A stretch of DNA of 64,000 nucleotides, from the NCBI GenBank assembly GCA_965219685.1, contig CBDCOH010000002.1, forward strand, positions 640,001-704,000, given 5' to 3'. The notes under the pieces were generated by a model that saw only the letters and a program-made list of their open reading frames with translations, was not told where the DNA came from and made no database searches. The DNA is from Candidatus Spongiisociaceae bacterium (GTDB taxonomy: Bacteria; Actinomycetota; Acidimicrobiia; Spongiisociales; Spongiisociaceae). Both the position numbers and the translations under genes were made by a program. Below, piece after piece: positions 1 to 9,644 of this stretch (positions are counted from its first letter, which is position 1; every line of letters begins with the position of its first letter).

Positions 1-327
1 TTGCGCATCCCCGGTGATGAAGCCTCCCTCCCGCGGGCGGATGGCGTAGTAGGCCGTCACCGAGACCCCTGCGAAGACCGCCACCAACAGCAGGGTCCCC
101 ACCACCCGCCTCGCCCGGAACATCCCGGCGGGCCGGGATGTTCCTTGTTCGACGGCCTCGGATGGCTCCCGCTCCAGGAGTTCGATCTCGCTTCGGTAGC
201 GACGGATGAGGAGTCCGGCGGTCTCGGAGTCGAGTTCGCCCTCGTCTACCTGGCGCCTCACCGCTTCGATATCCCGTTCCGCCAGGGCCCGCCGCCGGTC
301 TGCGGGTGACAGGTCCCGATCAGTCAC
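1..327 (-). CDS. CcmI/CycH-like cytochrome c biogenesis protein, N-terminal part (runs off the window edge)
   Basis: Own translation from GTG at 327: MTDRDLSPADRRRALAERDIEAVRRQVDEGELDSETAGLLIRRYRSEI..., then a TM segment (VVGTLLLVAVFAGVSVTAYYAI). Overlaps the ccmH stop. Not in the ORF track. Confidence 0.6.
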   Translation of the reverse strand, partial: MTDRDLSPADRRRALAERDIEAVRRQVDEGELDSETAGLLIRRYRSEIELLEREPSEAVEQGTSRPAGMFRARRVVGTLLLVAVFAGVSVTAYYAIRPREGGFITGDAQ

Positions 328-718
328 CGGGGGGCTCCCTGGGGCGGATCAGTCGGCGGCCGGCAACGACCACCGCGCACAGGCCTGCCGCAAGGGGTAG
401 GAGCCACAGCACGACGGTACCTCCCGAGAAGCGGGGGTCCAGCCGGATCCCCGCGAAACGCTCCTCCAGGTAGTCGAGGATCTGCTCGTCGGTCCAACCT
501 TCCGCCACCCGGTCCTCCACGAAGGCCAGGATGTCCTGCGCGTAGGGGGTGGGGGAGTCCACGATCGATTCGCCTTGGCACACCGGACACCGGATGCGCT
601 CACCGAGGGCCGCGACCCGGTCACGTTCCGTCGCCTCACCGACCACCAGACCCCATAACACGACACCGGCCAGGACAGCAGTGAGCACCGCAGCCGGAGC
701 CGACCTATGCCCGGGCAT
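320..718 (-). CDS. ccmH: Cytochrome c biogenesis protein CcmH
   Basis: IRCPVCQGESI motif, N- and C-terminal TM segments, directly after ccmF. Confidence 0.9.
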   Translation of the reverse strand: MPGHRSAPAAVLTAVLAGVVLWGLVVGEATERDRVAALGERIRCPVCQGESIVDSPTPYAQDILAFVEDRVAEGWTDEQILDYLEERFAGIRLDPRFSGGTVVLWLLPLAAGLCAVVVAGRRLIRPREPPGD

Positions 719-2735
719 TGCCGGCCACCTCCGATGTCGCAGGACGGCGGCGCCCTGCGGTCAGCGAGAAACCCGCGCCACAGGCGGTGACCAGTCCTCC
801 GAGCCACACCATCCACTGGAGTGGATAGGCCCGGACATCGGCGCTGAGTCCATCGGTGTCCAGGCGGGTCAGGGTTACGTAGAGATCTTCACCCGGAGTC
901 GAGCGGACCGCCGGTGTGACGACCGGGCCGGATGGACTCCCGTAATCGTTGAGCCTCGGCTCGAGGGATCCCACCGACTGCCCATCTACCCGGACCTCGA
1001 GCCGGGCTCCCACCACCGTGCGACTGGGCTCCACACGCGAGAACGGACCGTCGTAGACGAGTTCGTAACCGGCGAACCGGGTCATCTCGCCGGGGCTCAG
1101 CTCCACGGAACCGGATACGGCCAGATTGGCGGATGCGCTGATACCGACGGCTAGGAGGGCCACCCCTACATGTGAGATCTGACCGCCCCAGTAGCCGGGA
1201 TCACGTCGGACCAGGCGAGCAGCCGCCCTTCGCAAACTCTCGCCGGTGGCGGACCGGCGGTTCCGCGCCATCGTGAGCAGGTGCCGGACGATGACGGCCA
1301 CCACGAAGGTCGCCAGCAACGCGACGACGATCAGGTGCCGGTTGCGGCCGACGACGACAATCACGACCGCCGCGACCGCCAGGCTCACCCTCAGCGGCGT
1401 GCGGAGCCGTTCCCAGAGTACCCGGGGACGCGCCACCCGGAACGGTGTCACCGGACCTATCCCCATAGCCAGCAGCAGGCAGTACGACAGCGGAACCGCC
1501 CAGCGATCGAAGAACGGTCTCCCCACGCCGACGGTGGCACCTTGGAATGCTTCCACGACCAGCGGAAAGAGCGTTCCGGAGAGCACGACGAAGGCGAAAA
1601 CGGCCAGCAAAAGGTTGTTGAGCAGAAAAGCGCCCTCCCGGCTGGCCAGCGAGTCGAGCCGGGGAGCGCTACTGACCAGGTGGACTCGGGCCGTGAACAG
1701 CGTGAGTGAACACACCAGGACGATCGCCAGGAATCCGAGCAGGACCGGGCCGATGGACGATTGGGTGAAGCTGTGAACCGAAGCGACCACGCCGGAGCGG
1801 GTGAGGAACGTCCCGAGCACGGTCGCCGCGAAGGTCCCGATGACCAGGATGTAGTTCCAGGACTGCAGCACGCCCCGCCTGGCCTGGACGACCGCCGAGT
1901 GGATGAAGGCGGTGGCGAGGAGCCATGGGATGAACGAGGCGTTCTCGACCGGGTCCCAAGCCCAGTACCCGCCCCATCCCAGGACCTCATAGCTCCACCA
2001 AGCGCCGAGGACGATCCCGGTGGTGAGGAAACCCCATGCCGTCAGGGTCCAGCGGCGGGCGATGCTCAGCCAGGTACTCCCGCTGCGCAGCGCGGCCAGC
2101 GAAGCGATTCCGATGGCGAACGGCACCGAGAAGCCGACGTAACCGACGTAGAGCATCGGTGGATGGACCGCCATGAGAATGTGGTTCTGGAGGAGGGGAT
2201 TGGCGCCCCTCCCGTCGACCGGCGCGTCCACAACGGACCACGGCGCCCACGAGGAGAGGCTGCAGCCGGCCTCGGCGGCCGCGGTACAGACCGCGAAGGG
2301 GTTGGCCACCGTGGCCATCAGACCGAACCAGAACATCGCCAGCATCCCCAGCACCGACAGTGTTCCGCCCGCGAGTGGATGGTGGCGGCGGTGCATCACC
2401 CGGGAAGCCGAAGCGGTGAATCCGGCCAGGACCAGGCCCCAGAGGACTATGGAGCCTTCGAGGGCCGCCCATCCGGACGCCACCGTGAAAACGAGAGGGG
2501 TCGCGCTCCGGTGGTTGTTGGCTACATAGGCGATCGAGAAGTCATCGGTCAGCAGGCCTATCTCCAAGACCGCCATGGCAGCGACCGCTGCGCCCAGGAG
2601 CCATAGAACCGGGCCTCGGGTCCGCTCTGCCGTGACCGAGGCTCTCGACGTTAGGGCGGGAAGCCCTCTCCAGGCAAGCGTCGTGGCCGCTCCGAGGGCG
2701 ATCAGGATCGCTCCGAGTCCGAGCCAGGCGATCAT
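705..2735 (-). CDS. ccmF: Heme lyase CcmF/NrfE family
   Basis: WGGYWAWDPVEN (WWD domain), HPPMLYVGY, SVHSF, many TM helices. Confidence 0.95.
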   Translation of the reverse strand: MIAWLGLGAILIALGAATTLAWRGLPALTSRASVTAERTRGPVLWLLGAAVAAMAVLEIGLLTDDFSIAYVANNHRSATPLVFTVASGWAALEGSIVLWGLVLAGFTASASRVMHRRHHPLAGGTLSVLGMLAMFWFGLMATVANPFAVCTAAAEAGCSLSSWAPWSVVDAPVDGRGANPLLQNHILMAVHPPMLYVGYVGFSVPFAIGIASLAALRSGSTWLSIARRWTLTAWGFLTTGIVLGAWWSYEVLGWGGYWAWDPVENASFIPWLLATAFIHSAVVQARRGVLQSWNYILVIGTFAATVLGTFLTRSGVVASVHSFTQSSIGPVLLGFLAIVLVCSLTLFTARVHLVSSAPRLDSLASREGAFLLNNLLLAVFAFVVLSGTLFPLVVEAFQGATVGVGRPFFDRWAVPLSYCLLLAMGIGPVTPFRVARPRVLWERLRTPLRVSLAVAAVVIVVVGRNRHLIVVALLATFVVAVIVRHLLTMARNRRSATGESLRRAAARLVRRDPGYWGGQISHVGVALLAVGISASANLAVSGSVELSPGEMTRFAGYELVYDGPFSRVEPSRTVVGARLEVRVDGQSVGSLEPRLNDYGSPSGPVVTPAVRSTPGEDLYVTLTRLDTDGLSADVRAYPLQWMVWLGGLVTACGAGFSLTAGRRRPATSEVAGNARA

Positions 2736-3151
2736 TCGTAGCTCGCAGGAACCTCGTACGCTCCCTCACCGTCGGGAGACCGGTACTGTTCGTCGTGGTT
2801 GACTATGAGCACGTCGGAGCGGAACCGCTCACCATCCCAAGCCCCCTCGACCACCACGCCGACACCGGCCCGGAACAGTTGGGGAGGTGTATCCAAATGG
2901 TCGATACGGATCGACGTCGCACCGTCGCCCAGCTCGAAACGGACGCCTTCGTCGGTCTCCTCGATGCTGCCCTCCTCCACCAGTCCTCCCAACCGGAACC
3001 TCTCACCCTGCTCGAAGTCGGAGCGCTGGTCGACCGCTTCCGACGGGGTCAGGTAGTAAACGAGGTTGTCGGCCAGGTTCCCCCAGACAAGGTAACCGAT
3101 CACGATTGCCAACATCGCGAGTGCTGCAAGTACGACGCGTCGCCGGATCAT
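2732..3151 (-). CDS. ccmE: Heme chaperone CcmE
   Basis: YYLTPSE, RLGGLVEEGS, PQLFRAG, heme-binding HDEQY (HxxxY). Start set at ATG 3151, overlapping the ccmD stop. Confidence 0.92.
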   Translation of the reverse strand: MIRRRVVLAALAMLAIVIGYLVWGNLADNLVYYLTPSEAVDQRSDFEQGERFRLGGLVEEGSIEETDEGVRFELGDGATSIRIDHLDTPPQLFRAGVGVVVEGAWDGERFRSDVLIVNHDEQYRSPDGEGAYEVPASYE

Positions 3152-3267
3152 CCCCGCCGCATGTGGGAGCGACGTAGCGTCCGGACGCGGAGCATCATCC
3201 ATATCACGTACGCCGCGACCCCTCCATAGGTGACCACGTAACCGAAGACAACCCAGCCGTTACCCAT
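3148..3267 (-). CDS. ccmD: Heme exporter protein CcmD (39 aa)
   Basis: MGNGWVVFGYVVTYGGVAAYVIWMMLRVRTLRRSHMRRG: one TM helix plus basic tail, between ccmC and ccmE with overlapping start/stop codons. Confidence 0.8.
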   Translation of the reverse strand: MGNGWVVFGYVVTYGGVAAYVIWMMLRVRTLRRSHMRRG

Positions 3268-4003
3268 CTTCGCGTCCCAGTCGGGGCGGTGTCACCGCGC
3301 CTCCCACGGGCGAATCGCGGAGTGACAGGTCGGCCACCTCAGCTTCGATGCAGGCCAAGCGGAACCGCGTGGTGAGTAGGAAGGCGAGCAGCAATGCGAA
3401 TCCCATGATCGACACCACCAAGGGTCGGCCGAACGACTCGTCCATGGTTGCGTTGGCCACATCCGGCCGGATGATGGTCGGTCCCTGGTGGAGGGTACGG
3501 AACCACAGGACCGAGTAGTGGACGACGGGTACCTGGACGAAAGCGATCACCCCGAGGATGGCGCACCTGGTGGCGCGGACCCGGGGGTCGGCGATGGCGC
3601 GCCGGAGGGCCAGGTAGCCGACGTAGAAGAAGAACAGGACCGCGGTGGACATCATCCGGGCATCGCCCCAGTCCCACCACAGTCCCCAGACGTGGCGGCC
3701 CCAGATCATCCCGGTGAGGAGGGTCAGACCTGTGAAAAGCACTCCGATCTCTATAGCCGAGGCCGACAGGAGATCGGCCGGAGGTGAGCGGCGGATCAGG
3801 TACCAGACCGCGGCGAGCAAACCGACGCCCAGGGCGATGTAGGCGGTGATCACCGAGGGAACGTGTACGTACAGAAGCTTGGCGGCTTCGCCCTGGGTCT
3901 CCTCGGCGGGCGAGTTCAGGGACATGTAGAGGCCGGACGCCAGCAGGACCGCCGCCGTTCCTCCAAGGGTGATGGACGCACGACCCGTCGTGAGAGCGGC
4001 CAT
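3260..4003 (-). CDS. ccmC: Heme exporter protein CcmC
   Basis: YVHVP, WGRHVWGLWWDWGDAR (WWD), RTLHQ; GAGG RBS before ATG 4003. Confidence 0.93.
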   Translation of the reverse strand: MAALTTGRASITLGGTAAVLLASGLYMSLNSPAEETQGEAAKLLYVHVPSVITAYIALGVGLLAAVWYLIRRSPPADLLSASAIEIGVLFTGLTLLTGMIWGRHVWGLWWDWGDARMMSTAVLFFFYVGYLALRRAIADPRVRATRCAILGVIAFVQVPVVHYSVLWFRTLHQGPTIIRPDVANATMDESFGRPLVVSIMGFALLLAFLLTTRFRLACIEAEVADLSLRDSPVGGAVTPPRLGREDG

Positions 4004-4084
4004 CTGCCTCAAGCCACGCGACCGCGGTCGGGACCGGCTTCGAGCGGTCGCGGTGTCGACTCGATGCGTGGGGCCATGCCGGTA

Positions 4085-4765
4085 TCACCTGCTTGTGTCG
4101 TCCAAGGGACCTGCCAGCAGCACGCCCACGACCACCAAGGCCAGATCCATCGCTACGAGCAGGAGCAGCCAGGAGATACTACTTCGCCGGGCGATTACCG
4201 ACTCCGTTCCCTGCGTTGTCGCCAGCAGGACGGGAAGGGCGGGTGGGACCGCCAGGAGGGGGGCCAGCGAGGTTCGCGTCCTCAGGCCGGTTACGAGCGA
4301 TCGGATCAGGGTTCCCAGCAGTCCGAGAGCGACCGCGCCGGCGCCGGCCATCGGCAGAAGCCACCACCATCCGGCGATCGCGGCCGGTGCGTACAGGACG
4401 ATCATGACGGGGGTCAGGGTCACGGTGACCCCGAACAGCAAAACGGCGGAAGCCAGGCTCCCTCCGACGAACCCTGCCGCCGGGTCCAGGCCACTCAACG
4501 CCAGGAGATCCCGAACTGCCCGTGTCTCGATGGACGCAGGCCGGAGCGTGACCGTCATGCCGAACAGCAGGACCACCAGCCACAGCATTCCCGGACCGAT
4601 CCGGCGCAGCAGGGCGGTATCCGTTCCGATGGCGAGCGGAACAAGGAGAAGGGCTAGCGCGGCGAAGGGAGTAGCCGCCCATAAGGTCTCGCCACCCCGT
4701 AGCTCGACCCGAAGGTCCTTCCGGAACGCCCACACCACCTGTCGCCAGAACCCGGGATCTGTCAC
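4085..4765 (-). CDS. ccmB: Heme exporter permease CcmB
   Basis: KDLRVELR N-terminus, about 6 TM helices, position between ccmA and ccmC. Confidence 0.88.
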   Translation of the reverse strand: MTDPGFWRQVVWAFRKDLRVELRGGETLWAATPFAALALLLVPLAIGTDTALLRRIGPGMLWLVVLLFGMTVTLRPASIETRAVRDLLALSGLDPAAGFVGGSLASAVLLFGVTVTLTPVMIVLYAPAAIAGWWWLLPMAGAGAVALGLLGTLIRSLVTGLRTRTSLAPLLAVPPALPVLLATTQGTESVIARRSSISWLLLLVAMDLALVVVGVLLAGPLDDTSR

Positions 4766-5415
4766 CGGTCGTCCTCGCTGACCGTGCCCGATTTGACAAC
4801 CAGCCGTCGCGTGACCAGATCTGCTATGCGTTCGGGATCGTGGGACACGAGTACCGCTGCCCCGCGTCCGGCTGCCACCCGGTTGACGACCTCGTCCACC
4901 AGCGCTGTCGTCGCGGTGTCGAGACCAGCGTGAGGTTCGTCCAGCAGCAGCAGGCGAGGGGTCCAGGTGAGCAGCCGCGCGAACTCCACCCGACGCTGCA
5001 TACCGAGCGAGGTATGGGCGGCTTTCAAGCCGGCGACGCCGTCGAGGCCCACCCTGCGCAGGGATTCATCGGTGCCCGGGCGCCCGCGCAGGCGCGCCAC
5101 CAGTTCGACATTCTCCCTCAGCGTCAACTCCGGCCAGATCGCCGGTGAGTGGCCGACGAGGGCGATGTTCCTTCGGATGGCTGCGAGATCATCGGCACTG
5201 GTGTCCCGCGTCGCTCCCAACACCGAGTACGTGCCGTGGGAGGGTCTGTGAAGTGTGGCGAGGAGGCGCAGAAGGGTGGTCTTGCCGGCGCCGTTGGGCC
5301 CGGTGACGCCGATGACCTCGCCCCGGTGGATAGCGAGGTCGACATGCTGCAGGATCGCTGAACCCGAGGTCGCGAACCCGGCGTCGACGAATCGGACCAG
5401 CGGGGAAGAGGCCAC
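4762..5415 (-). CDS. ccmA: Heme ABC exporter ATP-binding protein CcmA
   Basis: Walker A GPNGAGKT, SLGMQRR signature, LLLLDEP; first gene of the ccm operon. Confidence 0.88.
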   Translation of the reverse strand: MASSPLVRFVDAGFATSGSAILQHVDLAIHRGEVIGVTGPNGAGKTTLLRLLATLHRPSHGTYSVLGATRDTSADDLAAIRRNIALVGHSPAIWPELTLRENVELVARLRGRPGTDESLRRVGLDGVAGLKAAHTSLGMQRRVEFARLLTWTPRLLLLDEPHAGLDTATTALVDEVVNRVAAGRGAAVLVSHDPERIADLVTRRLVVKSGTVSEDDR

Positions 5416-5512
5416 ACCCCTGAGTGTACAGCCATGCCGGTCGCCTCACGCCGCGGGCTGGCGGCGCCCCGGTCCGCCGAGGTTCCGGCGGGTCTGAGGT
5501 AGGGTCACTGTC

Positions 5513-6535
5513 GTGAGCAGAGATCCGGGGTCTGGGAACTCCGGCGCGGCCGGAGACTCGTTCGAGCGGTACCAGGGGACCTTCGAGCGCCTCCGCCTCA
5601 CCAAGCGCTGGTGGGCTCACACTTCGACCTTTCGCCTCGTGGCGCTGGCGCTCGGCGCCGCCGGTCCCTCCGTCACCTACGACCGGCTCGAGGCCGCGGC
5701 GACCGCGCTGCGCAAGGATGCCCGGTTGACCAGCCCGCTACGATCGGAGATACGCTACCTCGTGGCGGCCATGATCATCCGCAGGGCCCTCGAGCCGGCC
5801 GTGATCCACACCCGCTTGATGGATGTGCGAGAGATGTTCAGGCTGTACGGGATCCCCGCAAGGGGTACCGGGCCCATCCTGGCCGCGTTGCTGCTGGCGC
5901 TACTGAGGGAGGGTCATCCGGTTCCGGCTATGCAGGTCCGGAGGCTGTCGCTCATCTACGAGCGGTGGTCCAAAGATCACATCTGGCTGACCAGCGCCAA
6001 GGATCTTCCGGCTGCCGCTCTGCACGCCGCTATGGACAGGGATATCAACTCTCTGGCCTCCGACGTGGAAAGGGCCTACAACCGGCTCCTGGAACTGGGT
6101 TTCCGTCCCGGCAACCCCCTTCAACTCGTGTCCCACCTGCTGGTGGTGGACACACGCGGGACCGATGCGGCCGTTCAACGGTTCAAACGCATCGCAGAGC
6201 ACCTCGAGGCCGGGGGGGAACATGTCCGAGCCACCAGGTATGACGAGATGGCCACCCTGGCACTGGCCCGGGGGAGACCGGCGAGGGTGGTAGAGCGAAC
6301 CTTGCGGTACCGGGACCGTCTGCGCGCCGGACGGCCGCGGCCGGCCAGGGAGTTGGCGTTCTCCCTGGGCGCCGGGCTCGTGCTTGCCGAGGATGCGGAG
6401 AACGCCACCGAGCGCAGCGCAGGCGACCTGGCGGCGTTGCAATCCATCCAGGCGATTCTCGATGCGCAACAGGCAGCGATGTTCGCCGCCATCTCGGCCG
6501 GCGCCTTCGCAGGCGCGACCACCGGATCAAACTAA
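5513..6535 (+). CDS. DUF4003-family protein, unknown function
   Basis: Helical protein with HIWLTSAKD, GNPLQLVSH and C-terminal AQQAAMFAAISAGA, which I recall as typical of DUF4003. Confidence 0.7.
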   Translation: MSRDPGSGNSGAAGDSFERYQGTFERLRLTKRWWAHTSTFRLVALALGAAGPSVTYDRLEAAATALRKDARLTSPLRSEIRYLVAAMIIRRALEPAVIHTRLMDVREMFRLYGIPARGTGPILAALLLALLREGHPVPAMQVRRLSLIYERWSKDHIWLTSAKDLPAAALHAAMDRDINSLASDVERAYNRLLELGFRPGNPLQLVSHLLVVDTRGTDAAVQRFKRIAEHLEAGGEHVRATRYDEMATLALARGRPARVVERTLRYRDRLRAGRPRPARELAFSLGAGLVLAEDAENATERSAGDLAALQSIQAILDAQQAAMFAAISAGAFAGATTGSN

Positions 6536-6598
6536 TCCGTTGTCCGTCGTCCGTTGCCTGTTGCCCGTCCACAACCTCACGGTCAACGGGCAACCGAA
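6536..6598. repeat. Degenerate heptamer arms (TCCGTTG-type left, CAACGGG-type right) forming an inverted repeat
   Basis: tccgttg tccgtcg tccgttg cctgttg cccgtcc ... caacggg caaccga; stem gttgcccgt 6560-6568 / acgggcaac 6586-6594. Confidence 0.7.
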
Positions 6599-6616
6599 CT
6601 AGGGTCGCTTTCGTAA

Positions 6617-7855
6617 ATGGTCACCAGTCCGCACGTTATAGCCATGGTCCTAGCCGGTGGCGAGGGAAGCCGCCTCTATCCCCTTACCCGCGACCGCGCA
6701 AAGCCGGCCGTTCCGTTCGCGGCCGGATACCGGATCATCGACATCGTGCTTTCAAACCTGGTCAACGCATACGTACGCCGGATCGTGGTGCTTACGCAGT
6801 ACAAGAGCCACAGTCTCGATCGCCATCTCGCCCAGACCTGGCGGCTCTCGCCCCTGCTCGGTTCCTACGTGGCGCCGGTTCCTGCGCAGATGAGGCGGGG
6901 TAGGCGGTGGTTCCTGGGGTCGGCCGACGCCGTCTTCCAGAACCTGAACGTCATCGGCGATGAGCGCCCCGATCACGTCTTCGTCTTCGGCGCCGATCAC
7001 ATCTACCGGATGGATCCTCGCCAGATGCTCGACTACCACCTCCAGAAGGAAGCGGACGTGACCGTGGCGGCCATACCGGTGCCTCGTACGGAGGCTTCTG
7101 CGTTCGGGATCATCGAGGCGGACTCCGACGGCAGAGTGGTGCGATTCCACGAGAAGCCTTCCGACCCGCCGGCCATGCCCGGCGACCCGGATCGGGCCCT
7201 GGCGTCGATGGGAAACTACGTCTTCACCGCCGAGGCCCTGGTGCGGGAGGTAACCGCCGACGCCGATCGGCCGTCCTCCCGGCACGATATGGGAGGGGAC
7301 ATCATCCCGGCTATAACGGAGCGGGGCGGTGCATACGTGTACGACTTCGCCCGCAACGAGGTGCCCGGCCAGACCGAGCGGGAGAGGGGCTACTGGCGTG
7401 ACATCGGAACCATCGACGCCTACTACGAGGCATCGATGGATCTCGTGAGCCTCGATCCGGTCTTCAACTTCTACAACATGGAGTGGCCCATCCTGACCTG
7501 GTACTTCCCGGATCCGCCCGCCAAGTTCGTGCACGACGTCGAGAGCCGCCGGGGTGTGGCGATCGACTCGGTGGTGGCCGGCGGCACGGTCGTCTCGGGT
7601 GGAGTGGTCAGGCGTTCGATCCTGTCCCCCCGCGTGCGCGTCAACTCGTACGCCGAAGTCACCGATTCGGTCCTCTTCGACGAGGTGTCAGTGGGTCGCG
7701 GTGCAGTGGTGCGCAACGCCATTATCGACAAGCTGGTCCAGATTCCGGAGGGTTACGAGATCGGCGTGGACCCTGCGGCCGACGCCGAGCGCTTCACCGT
7801 ATCCGAGGGCGGAGTAGTAGTGATCGGTAAGAAGGACCGGCTTGGTGAATGGTGA
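6617..7855 (+). CDS. glgC: Glucose-1-phosphate adenylyltransferase
   Basis: [51 protein letters not shown]. Confidence 0.97.
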   Translation: MVTSPHVIAMVLAGGEGSRLYPLTRDRAKPAVPFAAGYRIIDIVLSNLVNAYVRRIVVLTQYKSHSLDRHLAQTWRLSPLLGSYVAPVPAQMRRGRRWFLGSADAVFQNLNVIGDERPDHVFVFGADHIYRMDPRQMLDYHLQKEADVTVAAIPVPRTEASAFGIIEADSDGRVVRFHEKPSDPPAMPGDPDRALASMGNYVFTAEALVREVTADADRPSSRHDMGGDIIPAITERGGAYVYDFARNEVPGQTERERGYWRDIGTIDAYYEASMDLVSLDPVFNFYNMEWPILTWYFPDPPAKFVHDVESRRGVAIDSVVAGGTVVSGGVVRRSILSPRVRVNSYAEVTDSVLFDEVSVGRGAVVRNAIIDKLVQIPEGYEIGVDPAADAERFTVSEGGVVVIGKKDRLGEW

Positions 7856-8226
7856 ATGGTGAATGGTGAATGGTGAGTGGTGAGTGGTGAGTGGTGAGTG
7901 GTGAGTGGTGAGTGGTGAGTGGTGAGTGGTGAGTGGTGAGTGGTGAGTGGTGAGTGGTGAGTGGTGAGTGGTGAGTGGTGAGTGGTGAGTGGTGAGTGGT
8001 GAGTGGTGAGTGGTGAGTGGTGAGTGGTGAGTGGTGAGTGGTGAGTGGTGAGTGGTGAGTGGTGAGTGGTGAGTGGTGAGTGGTGAGTGGTGAGTGGTGA
8101 GTGGTGAATGGTGAATGGTGAATGGTGAATGGTGAATGGTGAATGGTGAATGGTGAATGGTGAATGGTGAATGGTGAATGGTGAATGGTGAATGGTGAAT
8201 GGTGAATGGTGAATGGTGAATGGTGA
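7844..8226 (+). repeat. Heptamer tandem array (GGTGAAT)4(GGTGAGT)33(GGTGAAT)17 + GGTGA
   Basis: Counted directly; begins inside the last glgC codons (GGT GAA TGG TGA). Confidence 0.97.
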
Positions 8227-8239
8227 CCAACAATACATA

Positions 8240-8266
8240 CTACCACTACCACTACCACTACCACTA
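8240..8266 (-). repeat. Hexamer tandem (TAGTGG)4 starting at the hisIE stop codon
   Basis: + strand reads (CTACCA)4 CTA. Confidence 0.9.
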
Positions 8267-8890
8267 GCGGCGTCGAGAGGCCAGTTCCTCGACTACTTTC
8301 TGGGCCTCGACTCCGCGCTCGGCGAGCAGGACTAGCAGGTGGTACACGACGTCGGCGGCTTCCTCGGTGACCCTACGGTCGGCGGCCCTGCCCGCATGAT
8401 GGTCGAGAGCGGCGGATGCGAGTTCGGCGGCTTCCTCGATCGTCTTGCGCCCTGTGGAGGATGCCCCTCCGGAGGCCAGGCGTGCGGTGTAGGAGCCTGC
8501 TTGACCGGTCTCGAGCCGTCCGGTGATGGTTCTCCACAGAGGTTCGAGGTCGGCGAAGCCCTGCGGGGCGTCGCTGTCCCGTGGGTCGGTGAAGCACGTC
8601 CGGGCGGCGGTGTGGCAGGTGGGGCCGGCCGGCATGGCCCGCACCAGCAGCGTGTCCGCGTCACAGTCCGCCGCAACGTCCACGACGTTCAGCGTGTTGC
8701 CGCTCGTCTCGCCCTTCTTCCAGAGCGTCCGGCGGGATCGGGACCAGAAGTGAACCACCCCGGATCGGAGGGTCAGATCGAGGGCCCGGCGGTCCATCCA
8801 GGCCATCATCAGCACTTCGCCGGTCCGGTCGTGCTGAACGATTGCCGGAACTAGGCCGTCCCTGTTCCAAGAGACCTCTATCTCACGCAT
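8264..8890 (-). CDS. hisIE: Bifunctional phosphoribosyl-AMP cyclohydrolase / phosphoribosyl-ATP pyrophosphatase
   Basis: [28 protein letters not shown]...CF; HisE part with [14 protein letters not shown]. Confidence 0.95.
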   Translation of the reverse strand: MREIEVSWNRDGLVPAIVQHDRTGEVLMMAWMDRRALDLTLRSGVVHFWSRSRRTLWKKGETSGNTLNVVDVAADCDADTLLVRAMPAGPTCHTAARTCFTDPRDSDAPQGFADLEPLWRTITGRLETGQAGSYTARLASGGASSTGRKTIEEAAELASAALDHHAGRAADRRVTEEAADVVYHLLVLLAERGVEAQKVVEELASRRR

Positions 8891-9644
8891 GGCGGACCGG
8901 TATCCCTGCCTCTTCCATCACGCTCTTCACGTCGCGGATGTCCACTTCGCGGCGGTGGAATATGGACGCGGCCAGAACCGCGGAGGCCCCCGCTCCTACA
9001 GCCTCGACGAAGTGCTCGGGCACGCCGGCGCCTCCCGAGGCGATCACCGGGACATCGACCGCTTCGGTTATTACACCGAGCAGTTCCAGGTCGAACCCGA
9101 GGTTGGTGCCGTCGCGGTCCATCGACGTGAGCAGGATCTCGCCGGCGCCGCGGTCCACCCCCTCGATCGCCCATTCCACCGCGTCCCTCCCGGTGTCGTG
9201 CCGCCCTCCGGTGATGAACACGTTCCACGATCCCCCGGGCATGGCCTTGGCGTCGATGGCGAGGACCACGCACTGGCGGCCGAACGCAGCTGCGCAGCTG
9301 TCGAGAAGGCCGGGACGGCGAACCGCCGCCGTGTTGAGGGACACCTTGTCAGCCCCGGCCCTCAGCACGGCGCGCATATCGGACGGCTCCCGCACCCCGC
9401 CTCCAACGGTGAGCGGCACGAACACGTTCTGGGCGGTGCGGCGGACCACGTCGAGCAGCGCGGACCGTCCTTCGGGGGATGCGGCGATGTCGAGGTAGAC
9501 GATCTCGTCCATCCCCTCCTCGGCATACCGGGTGGCCAGTTCGACCGGATCCCCTTCGTCGGTCAGGTTGACGAAGTTTACCCCTTTCACGACCCTGCCG
9601 TGTTTCACGTCCAGGCAGGCGATTATCCGGGTGCGTAGGCTCAT
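8883..9644 (-). CDS. hisF: Imidazole glycerol phosphate synthase cyclase subunit
   Basis: [40 protein letters not shown]. Start at ATG 9644 (the ORF track over-extends it). Confidence 0.96.
   Translation of the reverse strand: MSLRTRIIACLDVKHGRVVKGVNFVNLTDEGDPVELATRYAEEGMDEIVYLDIAASPEGRSALLDVVRRTAQNVFVPLTVGGGVREPSDMRAVLRAGADKVSLNTAAVRRPGLLDSCAAAFGRQCVVLAIDAKAMPGGSWNVFITGGRHDTGRDAVEWAIEGVDRGAGEILLTSMDRDGTNLGFDLELLGVITEAVDVPVIASGGAGVPEHFVEAVGAGASAVLAASIFHRREVDIRDVKSVMEEAGIPVRHA

Noticed and set aside
7844-8226. CRISPR array or telomere
   Set aside because: No spacers, 7-nt unit, no cas genes, and the array is internal between intact genes.
7688-8264. Three His-rich ORFs (HHSPFT/HHSPLT repeats) downstream of the his operon
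   Set aside because: They are the three-frame translation of the stop-free strand of a heptamer array. They lie 3' of the operon, so cannot be an attenuator, and the same peptide arises at 53041 far from his genes.
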